Shown piece after piece: positions 15,318 through 27,920 of a stretch of 64,000 nucleotides of DNA; position 1 is the stretch's first letter; the number at the start of each line of letters is the position of its first letter. Below the pieces are notes generated by a model. It was not told where the DNA came from and made no database searches. It worked only from the letters and a program-made list of their open reading frames with translations. A program made the translations under genes and the position numbers. This DNA comes from Eledone cirrhosa (lineage: Eukaryota), in contig OZ024741.1 of NCBI GenBank assembly GCA_964016885.1, forward strand, positions 274,164,001 to 274,228,000, read 5' to 3'.

Positions 15318-16267
15318 AAGGAATTAACAATTTGCAGGAATGGTGGAATATGATTCCAGAATTTAAAATTTATCTAGCTATATTATGAGTTATAATATTG
15401 TATATCGAATCAATTAGATTATATGAAGAATTATGGTTGTAAGTAGATTTTATCTTATTACATTACAATAGGTTGTAAGTATATAAATATCTATATAGAT
15501 TAATAATTGTGCATGTATAAGTATTATAGAAATAGAAATAAGTTACAATTATTAGTTGTTTACATTTCTCATTTGAGTTACGAAGGATGTTTATTCTGCA
15601 TTTTACATTAAAAAAACACGTAGTTCAAGTTGTAAGAGGAGAACAATTTGTAGATTCAAGTATTTTGTTCCAACATTGAAAATGTTTTCAGAATATTGTT
15701 AATTTAGCGAAGTTATATAGTTTATCATACATATTATATTATAATGTTTATGTTTGCTCGATTGAAAAGGAAAAAAAGATAACTCCAATCTTGTTTGCTA
15801 ACCGTTAAATTTGATGAATGATTTACTCAGAAAATATATAGAGAAAATTATATATTATTTTGTGTGAGATTAATTTCCATTATATATTATTTAGTCGAAA
15901 GATGTGTGAAAATTTGAATATCAAAGAAGATTAAAAAAAAAAAAGTATTGTGCATTTCGAAGAACTATCGTAAAGAGGATAACTTTCAGAATGTCAATTA
16001 AAGATTATCAATCTACATCTAAAAAAATATATTTAGAGGAGTATCATTAAGAAAATAATGTTAAATGGTAAAAATAGTAAAAATATTTAAAAATATTAAA
16101 AATTAAGAAGGAATATCATTTAAAAAAATTTAGACTTAAATTTTTGAAGAAAATACTCAGTAAATATTAGGATAATTTTAAAGGTGTATAAGATATAGTC
16201 AAGTGTAATGAATATCATAAATTAAAAATACTTCTAAAAGTGGAATTTTGGCGATGTCTGCAACTAG
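15318..16267 (-). pseudogene. Highly decayed CR1/L2-group LINE RT C-terminus
   Basis: Minus-strand remnants LVADIAKI (like LFADDAKI), HYFLNDTPL and KFWNHIPPFLQ (like LWNxLP), in the expected order. Confidence 0.5.
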
Positions 16268-16318
16268 AAAATAATTCTGTTTTAAGATTAATAGAGTTTT
16301 GACAGTTAATTATATAAA

Positions 16319-16891
16319 ACAGATTGTTGAACGTATATACTTACCTTATGCATATTAACGGCTGAGTAGCCCAATTTGCATATCGAGTGGGTTAATCGGC
16401 CGGGTGCACCGAAAACAATAAACGGGAAAAAAAAGAGTGGGAAATGAAATTTCGTTTCATTTTTTCCGTTTATCGTTTTCGGTGCACCCGGCCGATTAAC
16501 CCACTCGATATGCAAATTGGGCTACTCAGCCGTTAATATGCATAAGGTAAGTATATACGTTCAACAATCTGGCAGGAAAGTATACGTTGCTGACGATAGC
16601 TAATAAGCTTGAAACTAGTACAGCGTTCCTTTGTCAGTGTTGAACAAACGAGCAACGATGGTTGCTGGACACTACGGCTTAATTCGGCATGTTTGTTTAC
16701 AAACACACCGAGCATTATAATAAATGTTCGGTGAATCCATACGTACATATATATATATATGTGTGCATGTATGTATATATATATACATACTACTGTACGT
16801 CTGTATACATATATGTATGTACGTGTACATACTTATATTTAAGTAACAGCCGTACTAAGAGTGGGAAATGAAATTTCGTTTCATTTTTTCC

Positions 16892-16897
<6 letters not shown>
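16319..16897 (+). mobile_element. Family R copy 2 with inverted 5' segment; hammerhead at 16584-16626
   Basis: 16319-16430 is inverted to 16460-16571. 'gagtgggaaatgaaatttcg..' occurs at 16435 and 16859. acgttg-CTGACGA..GAAA-ctag-TA-cagcgt. Confidence 0.8.
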
Positions 16898-16935
<38 letters not shown>

Positions 16936-16938
<3 letters not shown>

Positions 16939-17344
16939 GGAGGTGAGTTTTATTGTAGTACAATAAAGCAATGCAGATATCGGATAAGAAGCACTCTACA
17001 GTTTGTGGGACTGGAGTATGCATAATATAAGATCAAAAGATGGTTAAAGGAGTTCAATATATTTTATTATGCGCATTTCAAAAACAAACATCATCAAACA
17101 ATAATATTTGTGTTTTCATCAGATAAAACAGGAGAACATGATATGAAGGCTAAAAAAACACTTGTTGATAGTGCAGTTGATTTATGTTGATTTAAAACTG
17201 CACTATCAACAAGTGTTTTTTTAGCCTTCATATCATGTTCTCCTGTTTTATCTGATGAAAACACAAATATTATTGTTTGATGATGTTTGTTTTTGAAATG
17301 CGCATAATAAAATATATTGAACTCCTTTAACCATCTTTTGATCT

Positions 17345-17352
<8 letters not shown>
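16936..17352. mobile_element. Asymmetric palindrome (family C) with hammerheads at 17062-17128 (-) and 17246-17312 (+)
   Basis: ttttat-CTGATGA-long stem II-GAAA-tgcgca-TA-ataaaa, with (TA)n on both flanks. Confidence 0.85.
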
Positions 17353-17394
<42 letters not shown>

Positions 17395-17883
17395 ACGTGT
17401 GCGTGCGTGTATCTAAGAACGTCAATTTCCTTAACTTGAACGCAAACACATCTACACCAGTTCAATGCTATTCACAAACTCTACCAAATGTGACATCACC
17501 TGATCCTACAGATGGACCTTTATGTCACACAGAGGCCTGTCAGTGGGGAACTGTCTTTTACAGTATCAAAGTATGACATACATAAATGTAACTAAACCTA
17601 TCTACACCAGTCCAACAATATCCACTGACTCAAGCAAATATAATCTATAAACTTACCTTCAACCACACTCAGTAGGACCCATACTGCTCAAGAAAATGTA
17701 AAAATCACACACACCTCTTTCAAAACCATACTCCAACCCTCCCGGCAAAATAACAACCAGCCTACATCTATTATTGCTAAGAGGATGACGAACGTCATAA
17801 TGCAGCAGGCGTCGCAATCGTTAGTTTCTATATATCAATTATATTACGCGAGTCAATTATATTACGCGAGTCAATTATATTGC

Positions 17884-18070
17884 GCGGTGAATTGGCAGTA
17901 TCGGTAGAGGGTCGGACGCCATGCTTTCCAGCATAATTACATCCCTTTACGATCTGAGTTCAAATCCCGCCGAGGTTAACTTTGCTTTTCAACCTTACGG
18001 GGTCGATAAAATAAAGTACCAGTAATGTATTGGCAATTGTTGGCTTTGTGCCAAATGTAGAAACAATTAT
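17884..18070 (+). mobile_element. tRNA-derived SINE
   Basis: Same family as 4821-5012. Flanked by copies of caattatattacgcgag. Confidence 0.85.
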
Positions 18071-18812
18071 ATTACGCGAGCATAATACAATTATTAAAAA
18101 ATGTAGTAAATGTAAAAGTTAAAGTAGAGTATTCAGTACAGGAATTTCAACATTTAAATTAAATTCATATCTAGATATACTTGACAAAATCTCTATATGA
18201 GCACATGCGCCACGATTATTCAACCACTGTCAATTGTACAAAAGCCAATTCAAGTATTTTCCTTTTATCAAGGAAAAACATTTTTTTAATGGGGCTTATG
18301 GGATTGATAACTCATCCGACACAATTTTTTTTAATCTACTGTTTTAACTGAAACAAAATACAACCCTTCTTCTTTTCTTTCGTTGCTTGTTCCCTTTTTT
18401 CTTTTTCTACTTTCCATTTCCTTTTATTTTTCATCCTTTTTAGTCCCTTTAATAGTATGTTTTGTTTATATTATATATTCCTCAATTATCTTTATGTGAT
18501 TATATCCTAGAAATAAAAGTTTATTTCTAACTATTTGTATAAATAATATTCAGTGAATGATTTATATATATTGAATGTGTTGAATATCCCATACGACCTA
18601 CAGTTTATTTACATTTATTTAACAAACAAAAATACAGTTGAGTTATAGCTATGAGGTTTTAGTGTGGAGGAGACTTATGGAAAATATACAAAATTTCTAT
18701 ATCATCTTGTATAATGTATTGTGTTGTTCAATATAGACGAATACGTTTCTCGATGAAAATACGAACCATTGTGTATATTAAGAATGATCGAATTCTTTCC
18801 ACACTCACCACA

Positions 18813-20020
<1,208 letters not shown>

Positions 20021-20048
20021 GTTTACTTGAATCATTGTATATGGTGTG

Positions 20049-20392
20049 AAGAATTCAAAGTTTGAGAGCCACGACAATGCAGGTTTGGACGGAGAATAAT
20101 TAAATCGTAAGAAACAGGGCTTCTTTTTTACATTGATTTATTCATGTCCTGATATTTCGAGATTAATATCACTTTTTCCGAGGAAAATAAAGGAACTATT
20201 CCACTGTCCGAGTTGGCCACCATAGTATAGCAAGCCACTGGAATAGTTCCTTTATTTTCCTCGGAGGAAGGGATATCAATCACGAAATATCAGGACAAAT
20301 GAATAAATCAATGTAAAAAACAAGCCCTGTTTCTTACGATTTAATTATTCCCCGTCCAAACCTGCATTGTCGTGGCTCTCAAACTTTGAATT

Positions 20393-20396
<4 letters not shown>
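20049..20396. mobile_element. Palindrome (family D) with variant hammerhead at 20258-20295 (+)
   Basis: ~145-bp arms. tcct-CGGAGGA-..-GAAA-ta-TC-agga. Confidence 0.7.
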
Positions 20397-20456
<60 letters not shown>

Positions 20457-20593
20457 ATATATAAATGAAAGGTATAGAAAATATTGTAGCAAAAAGCCAA
20501 CAGTATTCCATAATATATAAGTGACTATAACGTCAAAATGGGAAAAATAGTTAACGTAAGATGTGGGAAAAATAATTCAAACTCAACTCAAAA

Positions 20594-20634
<41 letters not shown>

Positions 20635-20659
20635 GAGAGAGCGAGAGAGAGAGATGAAG

Positions 20660-20836
20660 TCGAAAATGCAACTGGAGTCTGATTTTTAAAAAATATATAT
20701 ATTTATTTGGTTCCTTTACCGGTTTCGCAGTTCTTCTGCTTTTCAAAAGTAGAGTTGAGATGGAGGGTCTGTGGGTTTTCTCACTTCTCACATATATATA
20801 TTTTTTTTTAAATAAGACTCCAGTTGCATTTTCGAT
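20660..20836. repeat. Inverted repeat enclosing a degenerate hammerhead (20713-20749, minus)
   Basis: tcgaaaatgcaactggagtc / gactccagttgcattttcga. Minus strand: ctt-TTGAAAA-gcagaagaactgc-GAAA-ccgg-TA-aag. Confidence 0.55.
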
Positions 20837-20998
20837 TTCATCTTTTTTTCTTTATACTTCCACTCGTGTAGGACACCTCGGTTATTTTTCGTTCTGTAAA
20901 AATAAAAAAATAAATAAAACCTACTTTCTAATATATATATATATATCGAAAGGTTGTGAGTATATATATATATATAGGTTGTGATATATATATATATA

Positions 20999-21220
20999 TC
21001 GAAAGGTTGTGAGTTCAATTCTCGGACAGGGTGCTCCAGTTTACTCAGCTGAAAATGAGTACCAGCAATAGCTGGAGGTTTAACCCTGCGATGGACTGGC
21101 GTCCTGTCCAGGGGGGAGTCTTGTACTCTCAGTCGCTTCACGCCATGAAACCGGGATAAGCACCGGCCAAATGAGCCTTAAGCACCGGCCAAATGAGGCT
21201 TAAAACAGACTTTAGACTTA
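20999..21220 (+). mobile_element. SINE fragment with V-domain-like core
   Basis: B-box-like gagttcaattc. 'cctgcgatggactggcgtcctgtccaggg..aaccgggataagc' resembles the V-SINE central domain (recalled, not searched). Confidence 0.55.
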
Positions 21221-21277
21221 CGGCCTGCCCGCCCAGCCATTTCTATATTAAATATTTATACTCTGCTATGTATTGAG

Positions 21278-21375
21278 TACCTTACTTACTGTGGTTAACC
21301 CCGGAATAACTTTTATATATATATATATATAAGTTATTCCGGGATCAATCGGGGGTAACCACAGTAAGTAAGGTA
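21278..21375. repeat. Small inverted repeat around (TA)n
   Basis: taccttacttactgtggtta..ccggaataactt / aagttattccgg..taaccacagtaagtaaggta. Confidence 0.75.
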
Positions 21376-21420
21376 TTCATGGCTTCTGCAGGACTAGAAA
21401 TGTTTCATTCATGAGAAATC

Positions 21421-21575
<155 letters not shown>

Positions 21576-22375
21576 TGTTTCTTTTATTTGCCACCAGGGC
21601 ATCAAAAGTGGGACAAGTACAATGGGGGGAGTTTACAAAACAACGCGTCCTCAATAAGGAGGAGGCAATAACAATATATAAAAATAAAATAAAATATAAC
21701 AAAAAATAAAATTTATAACAAAGTCCTCAATAGAGTGGAGGCGCCTTGGGGGGTCGCACACACCCCCGAAAAAAGTGTGCAACCCTTCTCCTCAGGAGCA
21801 CAGAGAAGGGGTGCTCCCTTGGTCTTTCATCTTCCTCACCTATAGTCTGATGTAGAGTGAAGGCCCATTCACACGGGCCATTCTCGCCACTTTCACCCAT
21901 CTTTCATAGAAACGGCTGGGGTGCAGCACCTCTCTCTCCATCCTGATCCTTCTTCCGAAATGATATCGGAAGAAACGGACCAGTTGTTGGCCAGAGAGAA
22001 AGGTGTCTGACCTCAGTCCTTTCAGACGCGTCCACCATACAACCTCTTTCGCCATGGCTATTACGCACAGAAACACCGCCTCTCCTTCGTTTTTGAAGAG
22101 GGGAGGCGGCTTGATCGTTACAATAGACTCGGTGGTCAACCGGATTGGTCCCACCCTTGACAGCAGTTGTTCGACATAACCCCACAGATCGGCAATGCCC
22201 GAGCAGTGTACCAATGCGTGTGCAACGGTTTCCTCGTCGCACACGCATCTGGGACAGATCTTTTTCGATGGGTCCCTACCCGGGCGCCCGTGTCTGTAGA
22301 GCCTTTCTCGAACGGGCAGAGCCCTTCTGTAGCATTGCCAGGCCAGGGACCTCTGGAAGTTATCCATGGGTCCCG
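21576..22375 (-). mobile_element. 5'-truncated Tx1/L1-clade LINE
   Basis: ORF2 C-terminus (21840-22367) with CPRC..H..C zinc finger, AATAAA, and (TATC)n on both sides. Confidence 0.9.
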
Positions 22376-22420
<45 letters not shown>

Positions 22421-22650
22421 ATTTCTATTTATTTGCCACGAGGGCACAAAAGAAGGGGACATTTACACAGTGGGGGAGTTTACATAAATCGAGTAAAGAA
22501 AAAAGGAATAACAATAATAATATAACAATAAAAGTCCTCAAAAGGGAGGGGGCGTGTTGGGGATTGCACATACCCCCGAAAAGTGTGCAACTCTTTTCGC
22601 GGGGGAAGCCCAGAGAGGAGGCGCTCCCCCTTTCCTCTTCACTTCTTCAC

Positions 22651-25600
22651 CTACAGAACAATGTAGAGAGAAGGCCCATTTACACGGGCCATTCTCGCTT
22701 CTTTCACCCACCTTTCATAAAACTGTCTGGGACCAAGCACTTCTCTCTCCATCCTGATTCTTCTTCCGAAGTGGTATCGGAAGAAGTAAACCAGGTGATG
22801 GCCGGAGAGAAAGTCACCCGACCTCAGACCTTTCAGGCGCGTCCACCACACAACCTCTTTCATCATGGCTATTACGCACAGAAAGACCGCCTCTGCTTCA
22901 TTTCTGAAGGGAGGAGGCGGCTTGATGTTCACCACAGACTCGGCGGTTAATCGAATCGGCGCCACACGTGACAGCAGTCGTTCGACGTAGCCCCACAGAT
23001 CGGCAACGCCCGGGCAGTGTACCAGTGCATGCGCAACGGTTTCCTCGTCGCGCACGCATCTGGGACAGATCTTTTTCGCGGGATCCCTGCCCGGGCGCCC
23101 GTGTCTGTAGAGCTTTTCTCGAACGGGCAGAGCCCCCCGGTAACACTGCCAGGCTAGGGACCTCTGGAAGTTGTCCATGGGTCCCGGGCCGAAAGTTCTA
23201 CCGAACAGGCTGGCCAGTTCGTCCTCCTCCATGCCTAGCGACTCTCCAAGGGTGTCGTCGCCCCTGCTAGCCACCAACCCTCTATAGAATGTCGAGGTGG
23301 ATTCTCCACTGACAGTCGGGTCCGCTTGCCAAATAGCCGTGAGCGCCTGGGCACACTCGGTGTGCCAGTTGCCCAGTTTTCTCGGTCTTTGCTTCACCCA
23401 GGATTGCAGTTCGGTGAGCGAGACGAGCTGTGGGAAGGCTCGCCTCACAAACGGGGCCCACACCGGCTGACCGTTGAGGAATACCTGTAGATGCCGTAGC
23501 CTCAATGCGTGCCTACGCATCAACAGCCACGGCATACCCAGCCCTCCTTTCGAAGGGTGCTGGCAGCAGATGGATCTCCTCACCATGGGAGGCCGCTTCT
23601 TCCAGAGGAACTGGAAGAGCATGCGTTCCATGATGGTGAGCTTTTCCTTGGGGCAAGGCACGACGGTCAGGCGGTAGTAGATGACGGACGCTATGTAAGC
23701 GTTCGTCACCTCCGCCCGACCTTTCAGTGATAGTTTGCACTTGGCCCATTTCTGGGTCAGCGCAAACACCCTGCTCGTCACCTCGCCCCAATTCTTCTCC
23801 ACCTGGAGGTCCGGTCCGAACCAGACCCCGAGCAGCTTCACCGGGCGCTCCGTCCACCGCCCGACGACACCGTCTAACGGCATCGGTTTGCCCCTCCACG
23901 TTCCGAGTTGCAAACCGACTGACTTGTCCTGGTTCAGCTTAGCCCCCGTCAGCCTTTCGTATTCCTCCAGTAGGGTGGCGATCGCCCCGATTTCCGAGGC
24001 GGCCGCCACCATTACTGTTACGTCGTCGGCATAGGCCGAGACCGCTTTGTGCAATCCCGGTTCCAGGGGTATGCCCCGCAGCAACTCCAACTTCCGCAGC
24101 AGTGGCTCGAGAGTCAATACGTACAGAAGGGAAGAGAGGGGGAACCCCTGTCTGATGGATCGGGTGATTTGAAACGGCTCCGAGAGGTAGCCGTTTACTT
24201 TAATCCTAGAGTAGATGTTGCCACTGTGCATGGCAGAAATCCAGCCCCTGAAAACGGGTCCGAAGCCCGCCGCCGCTAGCACGGCATCCAGGTAACCATG
24301 GTCGACCCTATCGAACGCCTTAGATTGATCCAAGTTGATCAGGGCCCCACCAAAGCCGGGTTCGTAGCCAACCCTCTCTATGATGTATCGCATGAGGTGG
24401 AGGTTGTCGTGAATGGACCTGGACGGGATAGCGCATGTCTGCGCGTCTCCCACCAAACCACCCACCACAAGCGCCAACCTCTTCGCCAACACCTTGGCCA
24501 AAATCTGTAACTCTGCATTCAGCAGAGTTATGGGCCTAAAGTTACTTAAGTCGTCCCCCTTGCTCTCGTCCTTCCTCACTAGCGTGACCACGCCCTTGGT
24601 CACAGAACAGGGAATTCTCCCGTTCTGTTGCCAGTTGCAATAGACAGCCTCGAGGAGTTCGGAGAACAAGACCGGCATAGCTAAATAAAGTTCGTATGGT
24701 AGACCATCGAGACCCGGGGATTTGCGTCTGCTGCATTGGCTGAGCGCTTCCCCGATTTCAGTGGCTGTGATTGGCCTTTCGCAGCACTCCGCTTCGCCGC
24801 TCGAAAGACGCGGTAGACCGTCGAGGTATGGACCGAAGTCCACATCCCCGTCCGGCCCCCCGCCACCTCCGAACAGTCGAGCAAAGTGCCTTTGAAAGGT
24901 CTCGCACATTCGCTCAGGTTCAAGGATCACCCGTCCATCCTGGTCTCGCAAAGACCGAATGGTGGATTTAATCCCACTCTTGGCTTCTGTCACGCGGGCC
25001 CAGCTAACAGCTTTGGTCCCCTCGTTTCCTAAAGCACGTATTTTACTTCGGACAACGCAGCCTTCGTGCTTCGCGTCAAAGAACTGGCTCAATGCCGTTC
25101 TCGTCACTAACACTCTGGCTACGTCTCCGCTCCTAATCGCCTCTTCTAGTTTATCTGTTAACTCCCTTTCCCTCCTATTTCTATTCGCCGCTAGTTCCTT
25201 ACTGTAACCTATCGAACTTACTCTAATCTCTCTCTTTAGAGATATCCACCACCTACTGTTGACGATCGCTCCCGTCAACCGCATCTTAACTAAGCTACTA
25301 ATCCGGTTTCTGTAATCTTTCTTTGTCGGTAAGGACAAGTTCATCTTCCAGTAACCGGGACCCTGTCTATGCGTTCTATCAAGGTTGACCACGCAGGTCA
25401 CTAATTTGTGATCTGAATAGCCAACCATGATCAGTTCTGGACAACTAAATACGTCCCTATCCTTACTCCTAACCAAAAACCTATCTAGGTACGATCTAGA
25501 TTGTCCACTGCGGTTTGCCCAGGTCCAGGTTGGCGCAGTTGGACAATCTAGTCGAAATCTATCGACCAGGTCGAATCGATCGAGTAACCCCTTGAGGCTG

Positions 25601-26079
25601 CTACACCCCCCTCTATCGGGACATGCCCCTGCATAGTCCCAACGCGCATCTAGGATTCCATTCCAGTCCCCCACTAAAAGCAGGGAACGCGACGTTCCTA
25701 GAAAAGTCTCCAGACGCTGGAAGAAGTCGGCTCTTTCCGCCCCGAAGGGAGCATAAAGACCGACCAGTCTGAAAGCCCCGCCTTCACCGCCTCCGACGTC
25801 CAGCACCAGTAATCGACCCCCCGGGTCCGAGTGAACAATCTGTACGTCGAGAGTCAGACGTTTATCCAGCAGTACGGCAACTCCCCCACCGCCTCCGGGT
25901 TGACAAAGAGATGCGTGCATCTCAAAGTCATCGAAGGCGGGCGCCAGCTGTCTCACGCTGCTGATCCGACTCTCGCAAACAACCATCACATCTATACTTT
26001 GTGACCTGAGGTCACTTAGAAGCTTTGCTTGCTTCCAAGCTGAGCCCAGGCCACGCGCGTTCAAACAGCCAACTCTCAA
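22651..26079 (-). CDS. Copy A ORF2: APE endonuclease - RT - CCHC zinc finger; open frame but no ATG
   Basis: LNARGL, GDWN, SYLDRF, SDH; KSPGLDG, FRPITLLN, LDQSKAFDRV, QGxPLS, YADD; GGLG; CPRC..H..C. Confidence 0.92.
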   Translation of the reverse strand: MRVGCLNARGLGSAWKQAKLLSDLRSQSIDVMVVCESRISSVRQLAPAFDDFEMHASLCQPGGGGGVAVLLDKRLTLDVQIVHSDPGGRLLVLDVGGGEGGAFRLVGLYAPFGAERADFFQRLETFLGTSRSLLLVGDWNGILDARWDYAGACPDRGGCSSLKGLLDRFDLVDRFRLDCPTAPTWTWANRSGQSRSYLDRFLVRSKDRDVFSCPELIMVGYSDHKLVTCVVNLDRTHRQGPGYWKMNLSLPTKKDYRNRISSLVKMRLTGAIVNSRWWISLKREIRVSSIGYSKELAANRNRRERELTDKLEEAIRSGDVARVLVTRTALSQFFDAKHEGCVVRSKIRALGNEGTKAVSWARVTEAKSGIKSTIRSLRDQDGRVILEPERMCETFQRHFARLFGGGGGPDGDVDFGPYLDGLPRLSSGEAECCERPITATEIGEALSQCSRRKSPGLDGLPYELYLAMPVLFSELLEAVYCNWQQNGRIPCSVTKGVVTLVRKDESKGDDLSNFRPITLLNAELQILAKVLAKRLALVVGGLVGDAQTCAIPSRSIHDNLHLMRYIIERVGYEPGFGGALINLDQSKAFDRVDHGYLDAVLAAAGFGPVFRGWISAMHSGNIYSRIKVNGYLSEPFQITRSIRQGFPLSSLLYVLTLEPLLRKLELLRGIPLEPGLHKAVSAYADDVTVMVAAASEIGAIATLLEEYERLTGAKLNQDKSVGLQLGTWRGKPMPLDGVVGRWTERPVKLLGVWFGPDLQVEKNWGEVTSRVFALTQKWAKCKLSLKGRAEVTNAYIASVIYYRLTVVPCPKEKLTIMERMLFQFLWKKRPPMVRRSICCQHPSKGGLGMPWLLMRRHALRLRHLQVFLNGQPVWAPFVRRAFPQLVSLTELQSWVKQRPRKLGNWHTECAQALTAIWQADPTVSGESTSTFYRGLVASRGDDTLGESLGMEEDELASLFGRTFGPGPMDNFQRSLAWQCYRGALPVREKLYRHGRPGRDPAKKICPRCVRDEETVAHALVHCPGVADLWGYVERLLSRVAPIRLTAESVVNIKPPPPFRNEAEAVFLCVIAMMKEVVWWTRLKGLRSGDFLSGHHLVYFFRYHFGRRIRMEREVLGPRQFYERWVKEARMARVNGPSLYIVL

Positions 26080-26084
26080 TTGAT

Positions 26085-27920
26085 CTATTTTGGTGTTGAA
26101 AGTGAAGAAAGAAAAGCACTTACCTCTCCGGGTTGCGTAATTTCCATGGCATCAGGTGTGTTGGGTGGAGGGATGTTTTGTGGTGGTGTGGGGGTACACG
26201 TGTGTGGTGGGGTTGGGGTATTTGGAGTTGTGTCAGGGAGAGGGGCGGTTATGGGGAAATCTTTCAAGAGGACGCGATTCAACGGTTTTAAACAGGGGGG
26301 GCTCACGTCTCGTCTAAATTGTTCTTTTAAGGAACGATAAAGGTCCAGAGGGACCTTTATCATTTTTAAATGGGTGAAGTTCTCTGTTGAGATAAAGTTT
26401 GGCCCTTCGGTCTGCACCATAGGGTTATTGTTTATTAATTTAACCAGTTTTTTGTTTTCTTTATTTATATATGTGTATTGTAACGTCTTTTTTTGTGATG
26501 CTGTCAATGTTTCGGAGAGGGGAGGCGCAGATTTATTTTTGTTTGTTGAGGGTGGGGTGTTTTTGATTGAAGTTGGTGTTTGTGTGTGGGTTATTTGTGG
26601 TGTGCTGGGTGTGTGTTTTCTTTTTTTTCTTTTAACTTGTCTGAAGGCTTCTCCTCCTTCTTCTTCAGAAGTTGGGGGAAACTCTTCAGCGCTAGGTGGG
26701 AGGGACGTGTTGTGTGGTTGTTTTTTTTTTGCGGGAGGGGTAGATTTGTTACTGTTTTTTTTATTATTTGTTTGGAATGGGTTTTGTGGTGGTGGTGGTG
26801 GTAATGTTTGTGTCGTGCTTGTGGTTGGTGATGGTGGTGGTGATGTTTGTGTTGTGGTTGGTGGTGGTGATTTTTGTGTCGTGCTTGTGTTTGGTGCTGG
26901 TGGTGGTGATGTTTGTGTTGTGTTTGTGGTTGGTGGTGTCTGTATTTTGTTTGCTGTGTGTGGTATTAGTGTATTTTTGGAGGTGGGTGGTGCTGGTGTA
27001 CTGTTTGTGGTGGGTGTGGGCAATAATCCTTTTTGGGGGATACGTTTCGGGCAGTTAGCCTTAACGTGTCCCCTTTCCATGCATAAATAGCATGCTGGTC
27101 TTCTCCCCTCTACAATTATGTCTATTGGGGTAAGGTCATCCAGCCAGATGCGATCCGGGATTTGTGCTATTCTTTCGGGCCTCATTTGGACTAGTATGTC
27201 GAGGCCCATTCCCAGGAACGCATCTCCAGTTGCCTTCCCCATTGACAGCATAGTGTCTTCGCACATATCAATGAAGCCAGCAATAGCCCACCAGAAGTCC
27301 ATTGTGGGCAGCATTGTTTTTACTTTTACTCTCTGTGTTCTTCTACCCATGTAGGAGGGATAGAAGCTATATGTTGTCGACGAGAGTGGGCTTAGGGAAA
27401 GCTTCTCCGCCGTTTCTTTGTCTCTTGTTAGGACCGAAATGCTGCCATAGAGTCGGTCCTTTCGTATGAAGAGAATATTCTTCATATAGTCTTTTAGGAC
27501 TAACTCTATTTCCATTTGGCTGGGCTGTGCTGGCTTTCTTGTCTGGTTCAGTATAGTTCTGTATAGAACTGTGTTTTCTGCTCTGGCTTTCTTGAATTCT
27601 GGGGGGGAGTTAATGGAAAACATTCCGTTCTCCCCCAAAACAATGTGTTTCTTTGCTTCGGCCAGTTTTTCTCTGGCGGCAGTTAGGTCAATTGGTGTGT
27701 ATGTAATGGATTGTTTTGTTTTCTGGGCGAAAGTTGCCCTGTCGTTATTTGTATTATTTTCTGTTTGTTTGTTTTCTGTTTGCTCATTTTCCTTAACATT
27801 TGTTTTTTCATTTTGTTTGTTTGTTTCAATGTCTAATTTTGTTGTAATTATTTTTTGTTCTTCAGACTTGGGGGGCGTGGCAGAGCTAATGGCAGACATG
27901 TCTGCCATCTTTTCCGCCAT
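26085..27920 (-). CDS. Copy A ORF1 (gag-like CCHC zinc knuckle, P/T-rich linker)
   Basis: CYLCMERGHVKANC. First ATG at 27920. Homologous to copy B ORF1. Confidence 0.85.
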   Translation of the reverse strand: MAEKMADMSAISSATPPKSEEQKIITTKLDIETNKQNEKTNVKENEQTENKQTENNTNNDRATFAQKTKQSITYTPIDLTAAREKLAEAKKHIVLGENGMFSINSPPEFKKARAENTVLYRTILNQTRKPAQPSQMEIELVLKDYMKNILFIRKDRLYGSISVLTRDKETAEKLSLSPLSSTTYSFYPSYMGRRTQRVKVKTMLPTMDFWWAIAGFIDMCEDTMLSMGKATGDAFLGMGLDILVQMRPERIAQIPDRIWLDDLTPIDIIVEGRRPACYLCMERGHVKANCPKRIPQKGLLPTPTTNSTPAPPTSKNTLIPHTANKIQTPPTTNTTQTSPPPAPNTSTTQKSPPPTTTQTSPPPSPTTSTTQTLPPPPPQNPFQTNNKKNSNKSTPPAKKKQPHNTSLPPSAEEFPPTSEEEGGEAFRQVKRKKRKHTPSTPQITHTQTPTSIKNTPPSTNKNKSAPPLSETLTASQKKTLQYTYINKENKKLVKLINNNPMVQTEGPNFISTENFTHLKMIKVPLDLYRSLKEQFRRDVSPPCLKPLNRVLLKDFPITAPLPDTTPNTPTPPHTCTPTPPQNIPPPNTPDAMEITQPGEVSAFLSSLSTPK

